A DNA stretch of 62,571 nucleotides, counting the filler, from Choristocarpus tenellus KU-1152 (lineage: Eukaryota; Protista; Phaeophyceae), in the NCBI GenBank assembly GCA_964200185.2. It is 15 parts of 15 records of this genome, joined end to end, with 100 filler letters (N's around TTAATTAATTAA, not from the genome) between each part and the next. Parts side by side here need not be neighbours in the genome. Positions count along the whole stretch, not along the records: positions 1 to 2,825 come from CAXNAD020024428.1; positions 2,926 to 5,796 come from CAXNAD020024046.1; positions 5,897 to 9,939 come from CAXNAD020016510.1; positions 10,040 to 16,187 come from CAXNAD020008827.1; 11 more parts are not named here. One strand, given 5' to 3'. Below the pieces are notes generated by a model. The model was not told the origin of the DNA, searched no databases, and was given only the letters and a program-made list of their open reading frames with translations. Shown piece by piece: positions 1-13,100 of this stretch. Both the position numbers and the translations under genes were made by a program. Numbering within the stretch: position 1 is the first letter of the stretch; each line of letters begins with the position of its first letter.

Positions 1-83
1 ATAATGTAAATGCACTTTTCCTGATTTTGGCCCAAATGGACACCCTGGTGTAGACCCCCACCCCCCCCTAGATACTTTGGGTC
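1..83 (-). mobile_element. MITE family B partial copy. Other partial or complete copies at about 5897-6059, 9880-9939, 19429-19479, 21975-22072, 26743-26765, 29833-29858, 34965-34984, 39237-39332, 43085-43251 and 62338-62510.
   Basis: Shared CCAAATGGACACCCTGGTGTAGAC-polyC-AGATACTTTGGGTC terminus and/or the family B internal sequence. Confidence 0.88.
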
Positions 84-708
84 ACTTGTCAAGGTCGTGC
101 TCGGACGTGGCGTTTTTCTCTGGCGTGGTCACAATGTTTGAGACTCTTGTTATATCTGTAATGGTGGACGAGTAGGCAAAGGATGAGGCAGAGGTTGGTG
201 AAAAGGAGTAAGCGAAGGAGGATACAGAGGGGGAGGCAAAGGCTGAGGAAAAGATGGAAGGAAAGGAGTACGTGCGGTTGGGCAGATTCTTTCAGCCCAC
301 AAATCTGGAAGACAAGTAGAGCTTGTAACATAGGGTTAAGAGGATGCGTATAGGACTATAGGACATGAACCGCGACGTAATTTCCCGGTCTGTGCTGGGT
401 TGTGTCGATCGACACAACATAGCGAAAGTATGAAAAAATATGTTCGACGAGCATCTTCGGAACATAAAAGCTCGAGAACCCTGCTTCAGTGTACGGTGTG
501 AAACTGTCCAACGTTGGTGAGATCTGTGAGAGTCGAGGCGGTGTGTTTGGTGTAGGGAATGATGTTTGATGTTCACGTATGGCAATGATGTTGTACAATG
601 ATGTAATTGCTGCTTGCCTGCGTGTTCGCCACTGGTGTTGAAGGTAACACCCTCTGAGTATTTGACGATGTCTAGGTAGACTGTACCCTCCTTCACATCC
701 TCCAGCAA

Positions 709-968
709 CAGTCAATATATCTTAGAGGGTAGAGCCGCGTCCGTTTGGGAACCAATCCAATGTTGCAATTTCGATTTAATTTTGGCTATTGTGTTTGTTA
801 GGAGGTGTCAATATATCCCTTGTTCCAGACGCACCTTTTCATAATGTATATATTTTACCTACTCCGAAACGTTTCGAAGTAGATAAAGTGTCATAAAAAA
901 AAACGTGGAAGCCAAGCCCCAAACGGACAAACAGGGCAAAACTCGTACCCTCTAAGATACTTTCACTC
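709..968 (-). mobile_element. MITE family A copy
   Basis: TIR (GAGNNAAAG)TATCTTAGAGGGTA...TACCCTCTAAGATACTTTCACTC; seven similar copies in the window. Confidence 0.9.
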
Positions 969-1292
969 AACACGAGGTCCCTGTTCACCTGTGGAATTTA
1001 TGCGGCAAAATTAATGTGCGAGATCAGGGCGTTTATTGTAGAGGTGACTTGTTACGAACTCAAATATGGTGGACAGATGAGAGGATGAACCTGAAACTCC
1101 CTTGACAACCTCTTGACTCAGGATGTATTGTTTCTTTGGAGAAGGCTCTTCTGAAGACCCAGCTGAGGACTCATTGGCGTAGGGGTCGATCCCAAGCTCG
1201 TCTTTCCTCTTTAGGTCATTCATGACCTGCACAGCGACCTCCTGGACAGCCCTTTTGATGAAGACATCCTTGGAGTGCATTCTCCTCAAGTA

Positions 1293-2147
1293 CCCTAAGC
1301 AGGAAAACATTAAGTTGAATCGCGAAAGTGAAAGTTGAAGATGAAAAGGATTTACGTGCTGACATGGGTTAGATGTCGGGAGGGTAACCATGCACAGGTT
1401 TGTGATTGACATAGAGCAGACAGTAATGAACAAACTTGATGTGTTATGTCGGACGGTAAAGGCCATCAATTTCCAAAGCACAGCAAGACGGTTGGGGGTG
1501 GAGTGAACCGATACCAGCAAATTCTGTAGTTGGTCATATCTCCTCTGTATCAACCACATATTCCCTTTCAGAGGCCACCATAAGTGCAGTTGTAGCCATA
1601 CCCTCTGAGTGAAAGTATCTTAGAGGGTACAAGATTTGCCCTGTTTGTGGCTTGGCTTCCCATCGGGTTTTTTATAACCTTTTCCTACTCCAAAATATTT
1701 CAGAGTAGGGTAGAATGTATATGTTATGAAAATGTTTGTCCGGAACATGGATAATGACACTTCCTAACAAACATGATAGTCAAAATGACATCAAAATCGC
1801 ACCATTGGATTTTGCCTCCCAAATGGACATGCCTCTACCCTCTAAGATACTTTGGCTCCGATTTGAAAAAAGAGCCCTAAGCAGGAAAGCATTAAGTTGA
1901 CCCGCAAAAGTGAAAGATGAAGATGAAAGGATTTACGTGCCAAACCGGGTTAGATGTCAAGAGGGCAACCATACACAGGTTTGTGATTGACATAGGGCAG
2001 GCAGTCATGAATAAATTTGACGTGTTATGTCAGACGGTAACGGCCATTAATTTCCAAAGCACGGCAAAACGGATGGGGGTGGGGTGTACCAATTTGGAAC
2101 AAGAACCCTAAGCAGGAAAACATTGAGTTGAATCGCGAAATTGAAAG
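1293..2147. repeat. Local direct duplication: about 220-bp copies at 1293-1512 and 1875-2093, plus a 40-bp third start at 2106
   Basis: Each copy begins CCCTAAGCAGGAAA(A/G)CATT(A/G)AGTTGA. Confidence 0.9.
1607..1858 (+). mobile_element. MITE family A copy
   Basis: GAGTGAAAGTATCTTAGAGGGTA...TACCCTCTAAGATACTTTGGCTC; no TSD visible. Confidence 0.9.
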
Positions 2148-2664
2148 CATGAGTGCACCAGTTTGAAACGAATATGGCAATTTTGGAACACACTTCAAAG
2201 TAGAAATTTGGTATGTTCTGCCGGTTTGCAGAAGCCATCAAATTCTAAAGTGAGGTTACCGCGGTTTTTTTACTAAGCTACGCGCGCGTGTTGATACCAA
2301 CGCGTGAGTTAAATCGAGACTGCGTTCGACACGATACAAACCTTGTCGGAAACGTTCCAATCGTATCGAAGCCCTAACACGTGCGTATCGATGGTGTCAC
2401 AACATATCATTCGACAGACGGATGTTGTGGTCCATGGAATTGGATCGTGGAATCATAGTTCTATTTCGGATGAGTTGTCTGATTACTCTCAACATATGTC
2501 ACTGCAACCCATGTTCCAATTTTGGTTAAGTTCGGTTTCATTCGTTGGAATTAATTCTCACGATAGCCACTGCATTACCAGTATGTCGACATGTTAGATG
2601 CAAGGTGAAATCTGTCTCTTCGCGGATTGGGTTGAGTGTTCGAGATGTAGGTAATTAATGTTGG

Positions 2665-2705
2665 TTAGGGTTAGGGTTAGGGTTAGGGTTAGGGTTAGGG
2701 TTAGG
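2665..2705 (+). repeat. Interstitial (TTAGGG)n tract. Others at 16575-16604, 27272-27297, 54276-54308, 54504-54535 and 54831-54846.
   Basis: Runs of about 2-7 TTAGGG/CCCTAA units, some with TTAGGA variants. Confidence 0.9.
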
Positions 2706-2825
2706 ATCATAGGTGTTGTCTTCAGGGCTTACATTGTCAGCGACTGGAGTGGTGTTTGTAGATAGTGCTGCTGATACACTATAGACACCATCGGTGGAGT
2801 AGATTAGGAAATACAGACACCAGTG

Positions 2826-2925
2826 NNNNNNNNNNNNNNNNNNNNNNNNNNNNNNNNNNNNNNNNNNNNTTAATTAATTAANNNNNNNNNNNNNNNNNNN
2901 NNNNNNNNNNNNNNNNNNNNNNNNN
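2826..2925. other. Artificial contig spacer N44-TTAATTAATTAA-N44. There are 14, starting at 2826, 5797, 9940, 16188, 19329, 22315, 26766, 29859, 34865, 39137, 42931, 47097, 53322 and 57643.
   Basis: Identical 100-bp blocks with stops in all six frames. Confidence 0.98.
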
Positions 2926-5900
2926 GGCTGCCAGGGAAATGGACAGGCTCGCGTATGAGAAGGGCAATATGCACTACCTCTGGGTCAAGCCCCACCACGA
3001 GGAGAGGAAGAGGGAGGTGGCCCAACTTCTGCAGAAGGTTTCATCTGGCGACCAACAAGCGGGGCCCGTCTGGCAGCTGAGGGCAAACACCTCAACGGTA
3101 GTCAGAGTGAAACTTCTGCAACGGGTGAGAGCCATGAGTGTGCCTCCTGTGTTCATAATTACATTTGTGCTGGCTAGTACAAAAACAGTTAGTTTTACGC
3201 TTGGTAGGATTGGTGGTCTTCGTCATCATCATGAGCGACAGAGTTGCCTTCCCTACAACAAACCATGCTGTTTTGTCAGATCTCGGCTTTCGTTGCTAAT
3301 AGCGGGAATAGCCAATCGTTTCCTTCAACTCTAGGCAACGATCTTGGTCAATCTCCACCTCATTTCTGCCTCCCACACGTGTCACTGTCGTAATCTACAG
3401 ACAGGCTGGCGTCCTCGACATTGACTTATTTCAAACTATTTCGCCCCACAAGCCGCCTCCATTAAACACGTTCACCACGTCAACCTTATCGTTTGCTCTG
3501 TTCGATTGAAATGCTATCGTTCTTCCATTACACTCTCCCATTTTTGACGTCACCATCGTCCCCTCCTCTCTTCAACAACGTCCTCCGCCGTGTCCACCAC
3601 CAGATTCTCGAGAAGGACTCGACTCTACGCGCTTACCTCACTACCTGGGATGGGAAATACCAGGATGTCCTTAACCAGGTCAACCTCCACCAGGTTCACA
3701 GCAGGCTGGGCTGTGATGGCGGCGGCGCAGACATCGAGAGCAACAACGGATCAGCATCAGATGGCGGTGAGAAAGAAGACGAGGGAGGGTGCGAATACAA
3801 AGGAGGGACAAAGATGAGGGAGGGGACGGACCGCCAGACAGGGAGGATACGGGCAAAGGGGGTTCTGTCGGCAGTGTTCCTGGTGCGGAAGAAGAACAAA
3901 ACGGCGATGGAGGGTGGAACGTGGGCGTTGGCTGTACTGAATGCAATCCTCCACCTACGTCTCGGTGTGTAATGTAGTTGTAATGATGCACACGGGGATG
4001 GCAGGTAATTAATGGCGTGAGGTTGGTTTCCATCCAATCCCCCGAACGGCTAACTAGGTTGTCTCTTTTCAGCGGTGCACGACATTGAACCGGTGGATCT
4101 TGCGGGGTCCCTCTGTGTGTGGCGCAGTGGTCGCTACCCCCACGTCTCTTTATTTGCCACGGCCCGATTGTGTGTTAATGCATGTACATCACCGACTGTT
4201 ATATCTCACCTGTACTACTGCGTACTGTTTTGCGCCGCCAATTTCGTGGTCCTTCGTAACCGTGGATCCCCGCGTTGCATTGTTGCGCCCAATTAATGAT
4301 TTGGAAAAATACTATCCTGTCTGTTTAATGCTCTCGTTCGATTACACGCGCGACAGGTATTCATGCCCAAAGTGCTCCATCACGCACATGGGCGAATGTG
4401 CCTACGTGGAGATTGTAGGCGACAAGAGGCACAAAGATCGATTATGTATCAACTGCCCCATGGCACAGGATGGCAGTGAAGGGTCAGGATCGGTGGGGAA
4501 CGAAGCGGTGGGTCGGGGCAGGGCAAGGGCAAGGCTAAGGGTAAGGGTAACGCAAGGAGCGCGGGCGAGTCACCCACCAGGCAAAGCCTTTTACGTCCCC
4601 CCTCACGCAGCGAAACGGCGGACATGGAGAAGTGCATGTGGGTCTCGGCGTGGTTGCACATTATACGGACATACAAGTCGTCTCTGTGTGTTCGGTTTCG
4701 CGTTGGTTTGCACGTGGGTCTTGGCTGCTTGTACATCATGTGGATTGCTCGTCCTTTGTGCGTTGGATGTGTCGTTTTTTTGGAGGTTGCCATGGGCCAT
4801 GGAACTTAATGTTTTGACGTCTACCCTCCTTCCACGATATGTATCTGATGGGTCTGGCGTCGTGGAGGGTACGGCTTGACATTTTGGGGATGCCATGAAA
4901 ATACTGTCAGGACCTCACTTAATGATACAATTGCCTGCACTGTTGCTTACGACGCTGTCCTTCTTGTCGTGCTGTCTGTGTACTGTGTCGTGTGTCATGA
5001 TGTCCGACCAGGACTGAGAACACTGCACTACATCACATTTGCTCTCTCGACCCTACGGTACCCTTAGACCGCCTGAAAGAGTTCGCCTTCCGCAATGCAC
5101 CAAAGCTCGCCATAGTGTCCATTGCTGCCGAGCCAAAACTCGTCAACGACGAAGAGGCGACCAACACACACTTGCACCAGGTGGTTAAGTGCTTGCAGGT
5201 GAAGATACATCCTCAGGGCACCATCGCGCTATTTGTGCCCCACCCGTGGGCCGCGCAAGCACATCGCCTAAACAGTGAGTTGCAGAGTTCGCCAGCGCTG
5301 AAATACGGGGGATACTGCTGGAGACTAGTGCAATCCGCCATGGCCGTTATCAGTCCGTCCGTGTGCCTATCGAATATTGTGCGGCCGTTCAGGAGATGCG
5401 GATTATGTCGTTTGTCTTTCTTTTTCACTTTTCCCATGTTTTTTCATGTTCTTCGTACCTTCTATTTCCTTTTGTGTCTCTTGCTCTTTCCCCCAGGTCC
5501 TTCACAGTTCTTTGTTTCATTGTCCGCGAATCGCATGCTGGTGTTACTTGTCTTCATTACATTATTTTTTCCGTCTTTACTTCTATTCCAGAATTTCCTA
5601 TTGTTTGCATTTGTTGCATTTGTTATTTGCCTTGCGTTCCACACTCATTGTACTATTATAATGTTAGTGGTATGCGATTTCATGAATCCTTACGATAACT
5701 ACTCGTGTGATGTCACTGTCAAGTTTGACGCATGCCGGACCCACGCACTCGCTCCCGCCTTCTCTTCATTCAGGGGCTCTTATGGCGTCGAAGGTGNNNN
5801 NNNNNNNNNNNNNNNNNNNNNNNNNNNNNNNNNNNNNNNNTTAATTAATTAANNNNNNNNNNNNNNNNNNNNNNNNNNNNNNNNNNNNNNNNNNNNGTGG

Positions 5901-6165
5901 GGGTGGGGGGTCTACACCAGGGTGTCCATTTTGACCAAAATCAGGAAAAGTGCTTTTATATTAACCATCTGACGCATGCAACGAAATCACCCAAAAATCG
6001 CAATATCAAAAAATTGACGCCAAATGGACAACTACCACCCCCTCCCAGATAGATTGAGCCTGTACGGTCCAATAAAATGGTCAGTGTTCTATCTGAAGCA
6101 AAGCTACACCAGCATCTCAGTCGTTCAGTGGAACTTCTGTTCTCAAGTGTATTGTCACTATCTAC

Positions 6166-6316
6166 CTGGTAGGGAAGTGCCGGTACTCCACCTTGGACGG
6201 CGTCTGTGAAGTTCTGCAGGGTGATGACCCCATGCTTTTCTTCATCGATATCCTCTGCCAGTGCCAGGCATTCCTCTGCAGAGAAGCAGCTCCACTGCAT
6301 GCTCAGGTGGTTTAAC
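6166..6316 (-). CDS. Isolated exon encoding an EF-hand-like motif
   Basis: AG/GT-bounded open frame LNHLSMQWSCFSAEECLALAEDIDEEKHGVITLQNFTDAVQGGVPALPYQ. DEEKHGVITLQNF fits a helix-loop-helix EF-hand loop. Parent gene not identified. Confidence 0.5.
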
Positions 6317-8689
6317 CTGTTCGCAAACTAGGAGATGCCAGGCAGCAACAGCCAACCTCCCACAGGTTTGGCAGGAGCAGGAGAGCAAGGTCCATCACAC
6401 GAGCTGTGAAGGGTGTGATGCCAAGAGGCTCTCTAGAGGGCAAAGCCAGCACTGTTGGCAGCTTTGATGGGAGGGCTTGGAGTGAGAGTGTAAGAACTAC
6501 TAATGGTGAAATTGTAACCCAAAGAGTATGGGTTGACACCTGCTTTCAGTGAACAGGAGAGGAGAGCAAGATTCTTCAAGAGCTCTTTAGGATACGCCAC
6601 AAAGGCAGTGTCTACAAGTCATGATCCGTGGTCTAACGTAGATTGAGGATTGAGCACTGTCTTTTGCAGGTGGTTGAATTGACGGGACATGTCAGTGCAA
6701 TGAAGGTTTGGTCGGAGTGAAAATTTTCTCAAGGCCAAGACTTACCGTGCTAACCCCAACTGCTTTGTTGCCCCAGCCCGCAAAACCTGCAAAACATCGT
6801 GATATCGCATCATCGACAGAGTTCCCCTTTACAAGGCTTCTCTCCTGGTCCGGCCAAGAGCAAAATCACAGGACAACTGAGAGAGAGGGTGGAACAAACA
6901 GGCGTGGCTGACAGATGGCCTCTGGCTGGTCACGTTTTGCAGAGACTTTTAATCTTTGGCTGCAACACAAAATCTAGACAGTAGTGGCAGGTTGCCCAAG
7001 TCCACGCCACAACCAATGCTTTCCCACATAAATTATGTGTGCGCCAGGTGTTATTTCCGCAAAGGACTCCTAGCATGATAGTTATCCCTGGAGTGTATCG
7101 AAAGTGAACTATAGTTTTCATGACCAGGACGTTTTCCATGACGAACAACTGGTTCGTTGAAAATAAGCAACCCTATAAACAAGTAAACTCTTTGAAACCT
7201 TCCAGCTTACCTTCACCCTCGACATAAGAGTATTGAAAGCTTCAGCCACCACCGAGGTGTCTGGCCTAACCAGGTCTTTTAGCGCACGAACTCCTAGCTT
7301 GTGGAGGGCTCCCACTTCGTCATCACTCAAGTGTATTGTGACATCCAGTATAGGTTTTCCGCTGGCTCTATGCGACCTGGAAGTTTGTGGGCTACTCGTC
7401 GCCCGTATCAAGGGAGAGTTGCGTGTGCTGCTTTGACATTTCTGACTAAGATATTTTGGGAGTCCAATATAGCGCTGAACGTCGTCCATCCTGAAATCTA
7501 GCCGGATGAATTGTGAGCGGGAGAGGTAGGATGACGTTAAGCCGCAGGTTGATACTAGTTTATTTCAAGCATATAAGGAAAAAACGAACGCATCATGTTG
7601 GTCTCTTCGCACAAATGAGCAGTTTTGCAATGACACCCCTTGTGATGTAGATCCATACATTTGTGTTTGAGTCCATTCCATGCACCTTACGTCTTCTGGG
7701 TAGTGATCACGCGTCCCAACATTCAAACCAAGGAAGCTCGGTAACTGGTAGGAGCCACCAACAATGGCAGAATGAGCCCTGCAGCCCTTTAACATGCGGA
7801 ATTTACTCCCAGGATCGTTGCCAACAATGGTATAACGTGCAACGAGTAGTATGATGACCCTTCTATTTAACAACCGTAAAATACGACTGTAGGATCAGTA
7901 CCTCGAAGTTCTCCCCGTCCATTCCCAGCACCAGTTCGCGTCATTCATCCATGCCTGCATCAAACAAATGCTCCTTCACGTATTTCATATTGCTCTCTAC
8001 ACCTGGCGACCTTGTGGAGCCTAGGACTTCTGTTGATGATTGATGGGATAACAACATTTGCGAAATATAGGGGTTTTTCTTAAGTCCGACCAGTTAGGAT
8101 CTTCAAGGTTAGGACCATGGCCACCTCCTCACAACAATAGTAGTCGTTTGAATAAGATAGTTGAAAGATAGATTTGTTAATATACAACATTGCTACTAGG
8201 CCTGCCAGCGGTCCGTTAATGTTGAAAGGAGGAGAAGATGGTCAAGGACTGAACTTAAGAACATTTAGGTACCGAGTTGGACTGCTATATTACAATCTTA
8301 GTACTTGACTATTGTTATTGTGTATGGATCATGAATACGGTTCTAAGAAAGGAGGGAAAAGATTGATGGCGATAGAGACGAGTCAAGTCAGACCAAGATG
8401 GACCATGATGGACAAAAAAATGGGGAAGGTTGGAGGAGGACTGGTGTGGATGAAGCGAGGGCCACTATCCAGATCATCAGGGTAGATGTGGGGAGGTCAG
8501 GGTAGAAAACATGAACTGACAGCTGTCTCGATAGCTGGGGCAATAATTCTAGTGGAGTCGATAGACCCCGAGTTTCTAGGTTCTTAATGAATACGGATCT
8601 GGTCCAAACGGAAGTGGCAAGGAATGGTACAATCATTTCCATCAAATGATTGGCCTGTGAATAAAAAACATTTTGACTAGATCGGTTCT

Positions 8690-8727
8690 GTCAAGAGTCA
8701 AGAGTCAAGAGTCAAGAGTCAAGAGTC
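8690..8727. repeat. (GTCAAGA)5 microsatellite
   Basis: Perfect heptamer run. Confidence 0.95.
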
Positions 8728-8734
8728 CAATACT

Positions 8735-9200
8735 AGTACCTCAACACCTTCGCGGTGGAAAGTTTTGGCACCTCGGCAAGCAAGCGGAATGCTTCCTGGA
8801 TGAGTTGGCTACTCACATGGTAGGGGGAAGAGGAACGGGAAGATATAGCAGAAAACGAGTGGTTAAATCCAGGCTACGCCAAATTGTCTCGGTAACTACG
8901 CAAGTGGCACTGTCTAGACGTGTCATGCGTTTTAAGCTGGAGTCACCAGGGAAATGGGCACGGATGGTTTATTGGATTCTTGGGATGCCTCCCTAGCTCC
9001 TCCCCCCGGGGTACAGACATAGGTAGATTGGAGACACACGAAGGCAGTAGTACAACATAGTGGTGAAGTAACAAATAGGTTAGTGTTTTCACATTTATTT
9101 ATAACATTTTATTTCTCTAGGGCATATATTGACATGTGTATAGCTTTCATTGATTCCCCCCCTGACACATCTGCAAAACGTCAGAGGGCATAATAAAATA
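8735..9200 (+). mobile_element. 5'-truncated copy of the CRE-like element
   Basis: High similarity to 37935-38395, including LRQIVSVTTQVALSRRVMRFKL and the 3' UTR ending CTGCAAAA(C/T)GTCAGAGGGCATAATAA. Confidence 0.85.
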
Positions 9201-10123
9201 CAAACATTGGTTTTTTACCTAACGCATCTCCAAAATGTCAGAGGGGATAATATTAAAGATGAGTGGATAGTGAAATTATACGGTTTGATGTTCTAGTATG
9301 TAATATTTACTTCGAAGTAGATGTGTACGTGTATGCGCAATAGGATTACTGTGGTAGGAGGTGTCCAGGCTTGCAGTGGTATCCCACTCATATTTCCTAT
9401 TGTGAAATAAGATGAAACTCTGTTCTATTTCTTACTTTTATTCTTAGGGTTTGGGTAGAATAATCAGTTTGACCATGTGTTCAAGTATGCTGTGTGTACA
9501 GTTGGTTCCTTCTCTTTAACAATATCTGCCTATTGATATTCTTTCAAACATCGCTGCAACATACTTCCAACTAGTAATAGTGTGCGATAATTTGTTCAAA
9601 TAGATCAATCAATAGTCGGAACAACCTGGGCACCCCGTCACACATTCACACAAGAATACAGGAGGAGGTTTAAAGAACACATGGTAGCCAGGTTTGTAGG
9701 GGCACGTCCACTCATCCAAGAAAGGCAATGAAATTGAAAAAAGAATATAGGATCTACGATGTGCCAAAAAAAGACTCAAAATTCGAGTGCATAAAGAGAA
9801 TAATGTATTTAGAAAGGCTTAAGAAGGCAGACCCAGATCCATCAGTAGAAAGTCCACAGGAGAGAGGGACGAGAAGACTGGCTCGAAGTATCTGGGAGGG
9901 GGTGGCGGCTGTCCATTTGGGATCAATTTTTTCATGTCGNNNNNNNNNNNNNNNNNNNNNNNNNNNNNNNNNNNNNNNNNNNNTTAATTAATTAANNNNN
10001 NNNNNNNNNNNNNNNNNNNNNNNNNNNNNNNNNNNNNNNTCCCGTTCGGGGGTTTGGGGAATATCGGAAGGGTTTTTATGGGGGACTAGGGGGGGTTTGG
10101 GGGGGGGGGGGGAGGTTTTGGGA

Positions 10124-13100
10124 ATGTCATCCGTGAGCGATCTAGACGAGCAGGTGAGATGTCAACAGTTACACAGTGCCCTGTTGTCACCACCCATGCC
10201 ACATCGTTCGCTGCGGGGCGGAGTCTTGCACAAGAAGTAGCACACTTTCAATAACGGTATATAGCAAGTTATGCACCATGCATAGTAATTTAGCCCTAGA
10301 GGTCCAAATTCCCTCTAGGATGTATCTCTTGGAAACTTCACCTACAATTGGTGTATGCGATTTGGAAAAATCTTGAGAAAGATACTTCGATGAAGTTGTC
10401 TTGTCGAAATATAGTGTTCTGTATCTCCCATTAGACTACGCTGAATGACCCATTCATGCCTTTTGGTTACTCTTGTGGGGTCAGGAGGCCAACACAGTAG
10501 TTCACATCTCATGGGCAGGTTATTTATCATGTACAAGTTCAGTTTGTTTGCCCCATAGCCACATGATGGATTTCCTAGGACTTGGCTTGCCTTGATTTGT
10601 GAAAAAGTGTCATATTGGTGTGTTCCATTGAAGCCAATAGCCTTTGCAGCAGCTCAAATTGTGGGTTAGCAAAAGCTAATGATGTAAATGGACTGTGAAA
10701 TGGCCTTGACCAAGGCATTGAAGTTTGCATGCTTCCTCTAGCAGTTTGCCCCTCAAAGTTACAAAGGCTTGGGTTTTGAGATTTCTTCATGGAAGCAAAA
10801 CAAATGCTGTACTGTTGCTGTTGTGTTTCCTTCAGATTCCTCTTTTTATGGGCCTCTTTTACCAGATTTTGTTGTGGGTATCATTTTGAAGTTTTCATGT
10901 TTAATTTGTTATTTTTTTTGTCTTCAGTAAAGGCTGAGATTGAATGATCTTTTTTTTCTTTTTTGTGCCAATCCAATGAGATGAGAGAAGTAGAAAATCA
11001 GATATTTGTTAAAAAAAATTGTGAACAAGACAGTCTATATGCTGTATGGATATACACAAAGTGTTTCCTCTGAAGAACAGAGATAACCATATTGTTACCC
11101 TAGTAGGAATGGAAATCAGCAGTGTTCCAAAAGATATGATACACTGCGGATATTGTTTTGGCAACAATACTTGTTTTTCCTTTTAGTACACATTTTTTTG
11201 CGATCTCTTGCTAATTTGCTTGTGTAATATAATTAAGAAGTTTCAAGACATGTACTTAGAACAAGTTCTCTTTCTTCCATCTCACCCAACCTCTCCTTAC
11301 AAGTTGTGCTGTGTAAACACCATTTCCTTGCATTTTGAGTTGTATCTACACCTGGCAAGAAGTGATGCTCTGGCCCTGGGTTGTAGGAGGCGACAGTATC
11401 ACACCAATATTGCAACTATTATGGCGTTGATATTGATTCATTTTTCTTTGAAAGAGTGGTTTTAACTGATCAGTTTCATTTAATTCATCGTCAATGCCAT
11501 AGTTTGCAGATACAAACTGACCTTGCATACATGGACATAATTCTGGTATTTTGTTGTTGTTCCAACTGAAGTGTTGCGTTTTGTCTCACTCTGGGTGTAT
11601 GTTGTGACGAGGAAACAGTTACCTGACAAGTCTTAGGTTCATTGCCTAGATCTATTGTGTATTTTTGTGAAGTGTATGTTGGTTTACGACTGGACTTTCA
11701 TGTATGTTAATGCATACATCAAGTACTGTAGGACAATACTGGACATGCTAAATGTTGTGGATTACTACATCCACTATTGTTGCTCTAATGATAAAAAGTA
11801 ATTTAACTGTACAGAGGTAGATATGTAGGCAATATATACCATCGGCTACTTCATTGTGCCGTGTGTATCTTGCTTGATGTCTTCCTACATAAGGTTGTAA
11901 TTAGATGGTGTTTTCATATTCCAAGTGTTTATTTGAGGAATAGTGCATTTGAATGAAACTTAACATAGATATTTTGTAATGATGTGTGTTTGAGGGGAAC
12001 GTGTGTTGACGCTACTGTGGTGTACATGTAAGTGAGTATGACACCATTTTGAAAGTTAATTTTGATCTCTTGCTTATAGTACTGGATCATGACGGCATTA
12101 TTGCCTTTTGAGGTTCAGGAAATGAGGTTACCTATCATTCCTTGCATATTAGTTTGCGTGCAATGCCGGGCACAAAAATGCCACTGAAACACGAGATTTT
12201 TTTGCTCCCTGTGAGACTTCTATCTTTGAAGTACTCCCAGGGTATAAGGCTGCCCCTATGGAGCACTTGTGGTATGTGACATTATTACTATTCCTATAAT
12301 ATGATATATTTTCTTTTTCTCAGAGTGTATTGTTTCATTATATTCAAATCACCTGATGATGCAGGGGTAGACAGTACCGCTCCCTGTAAATGGTTTAATC
12401 AGGGCTGCAAATCATTGTTGCCTTTTTTACAATGTGTGCTTTAGTATATTTGCAAGAGCATGTTCTAAAGCATTTTGATGGTTGACTTTCTTATTTGTGT
12501 AGACATTGTAAGAAATCATTTCTTGTTTACTACTTGCTATAAAATTGTATACTTTTTCTTGCCGATAGTGATACCCCCATTTTTATTCTTTACATTGTTC
12601 AGAACATGAACTTAGTGAGTAGGTGTGACAATGAGTCTCAGAAGGTAATTTCTAGGTACTCTAAAGCACTATCGTTTTAGCAAGTGTGACGGATTGACAC
12701 ACTTGCTAAACAATGTTAATTTTTTTGTGGAGATGTTACTAGCAATGGTGGTGGTGCATACACTCAATAAAAAAAGTTTGCCCAAACACTGGAGGGATAA
12801 AATTGTATTGTAGACATAGGTGTCAATATTTCTCAGCAAGCCTATTTACCTATCTGATCGTTACATCTACGATATGGAAGGTCTCTCTATTTTGACCTGT
12901 GTTAGGGTTGTGCTTGATGGATTACTAGTATTGACATGTCCATCAGGGCCTACTTTTCATGTGGAGCCTGATAGTGACCCCATCCCCCCCCCCCTGTCTC
13001 CACTCTGATTTGTCCTGTGTGAGGATATCATTTGTCTAAGTGTACACATTGTCACGGTTGTTCTTACTGGTGTTGATACAACGTAATGATTAAACTTCAC

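Noticed and set aside
2665-2705. True telomere
   Set aside because: Short tract with unique sequence on both sides.
2870-2881. Recurrent TTAATTAATTAA motif
   Set aside because: Always centred in identical N blocks; an assembly linker, not biology.
5115-5796. 245-aa hydrophobic ORF as a membrane protein
   Set aside because: The hydrophobicity comes from T-rich low-complexity DNA, and the ORF runs into a spacer.
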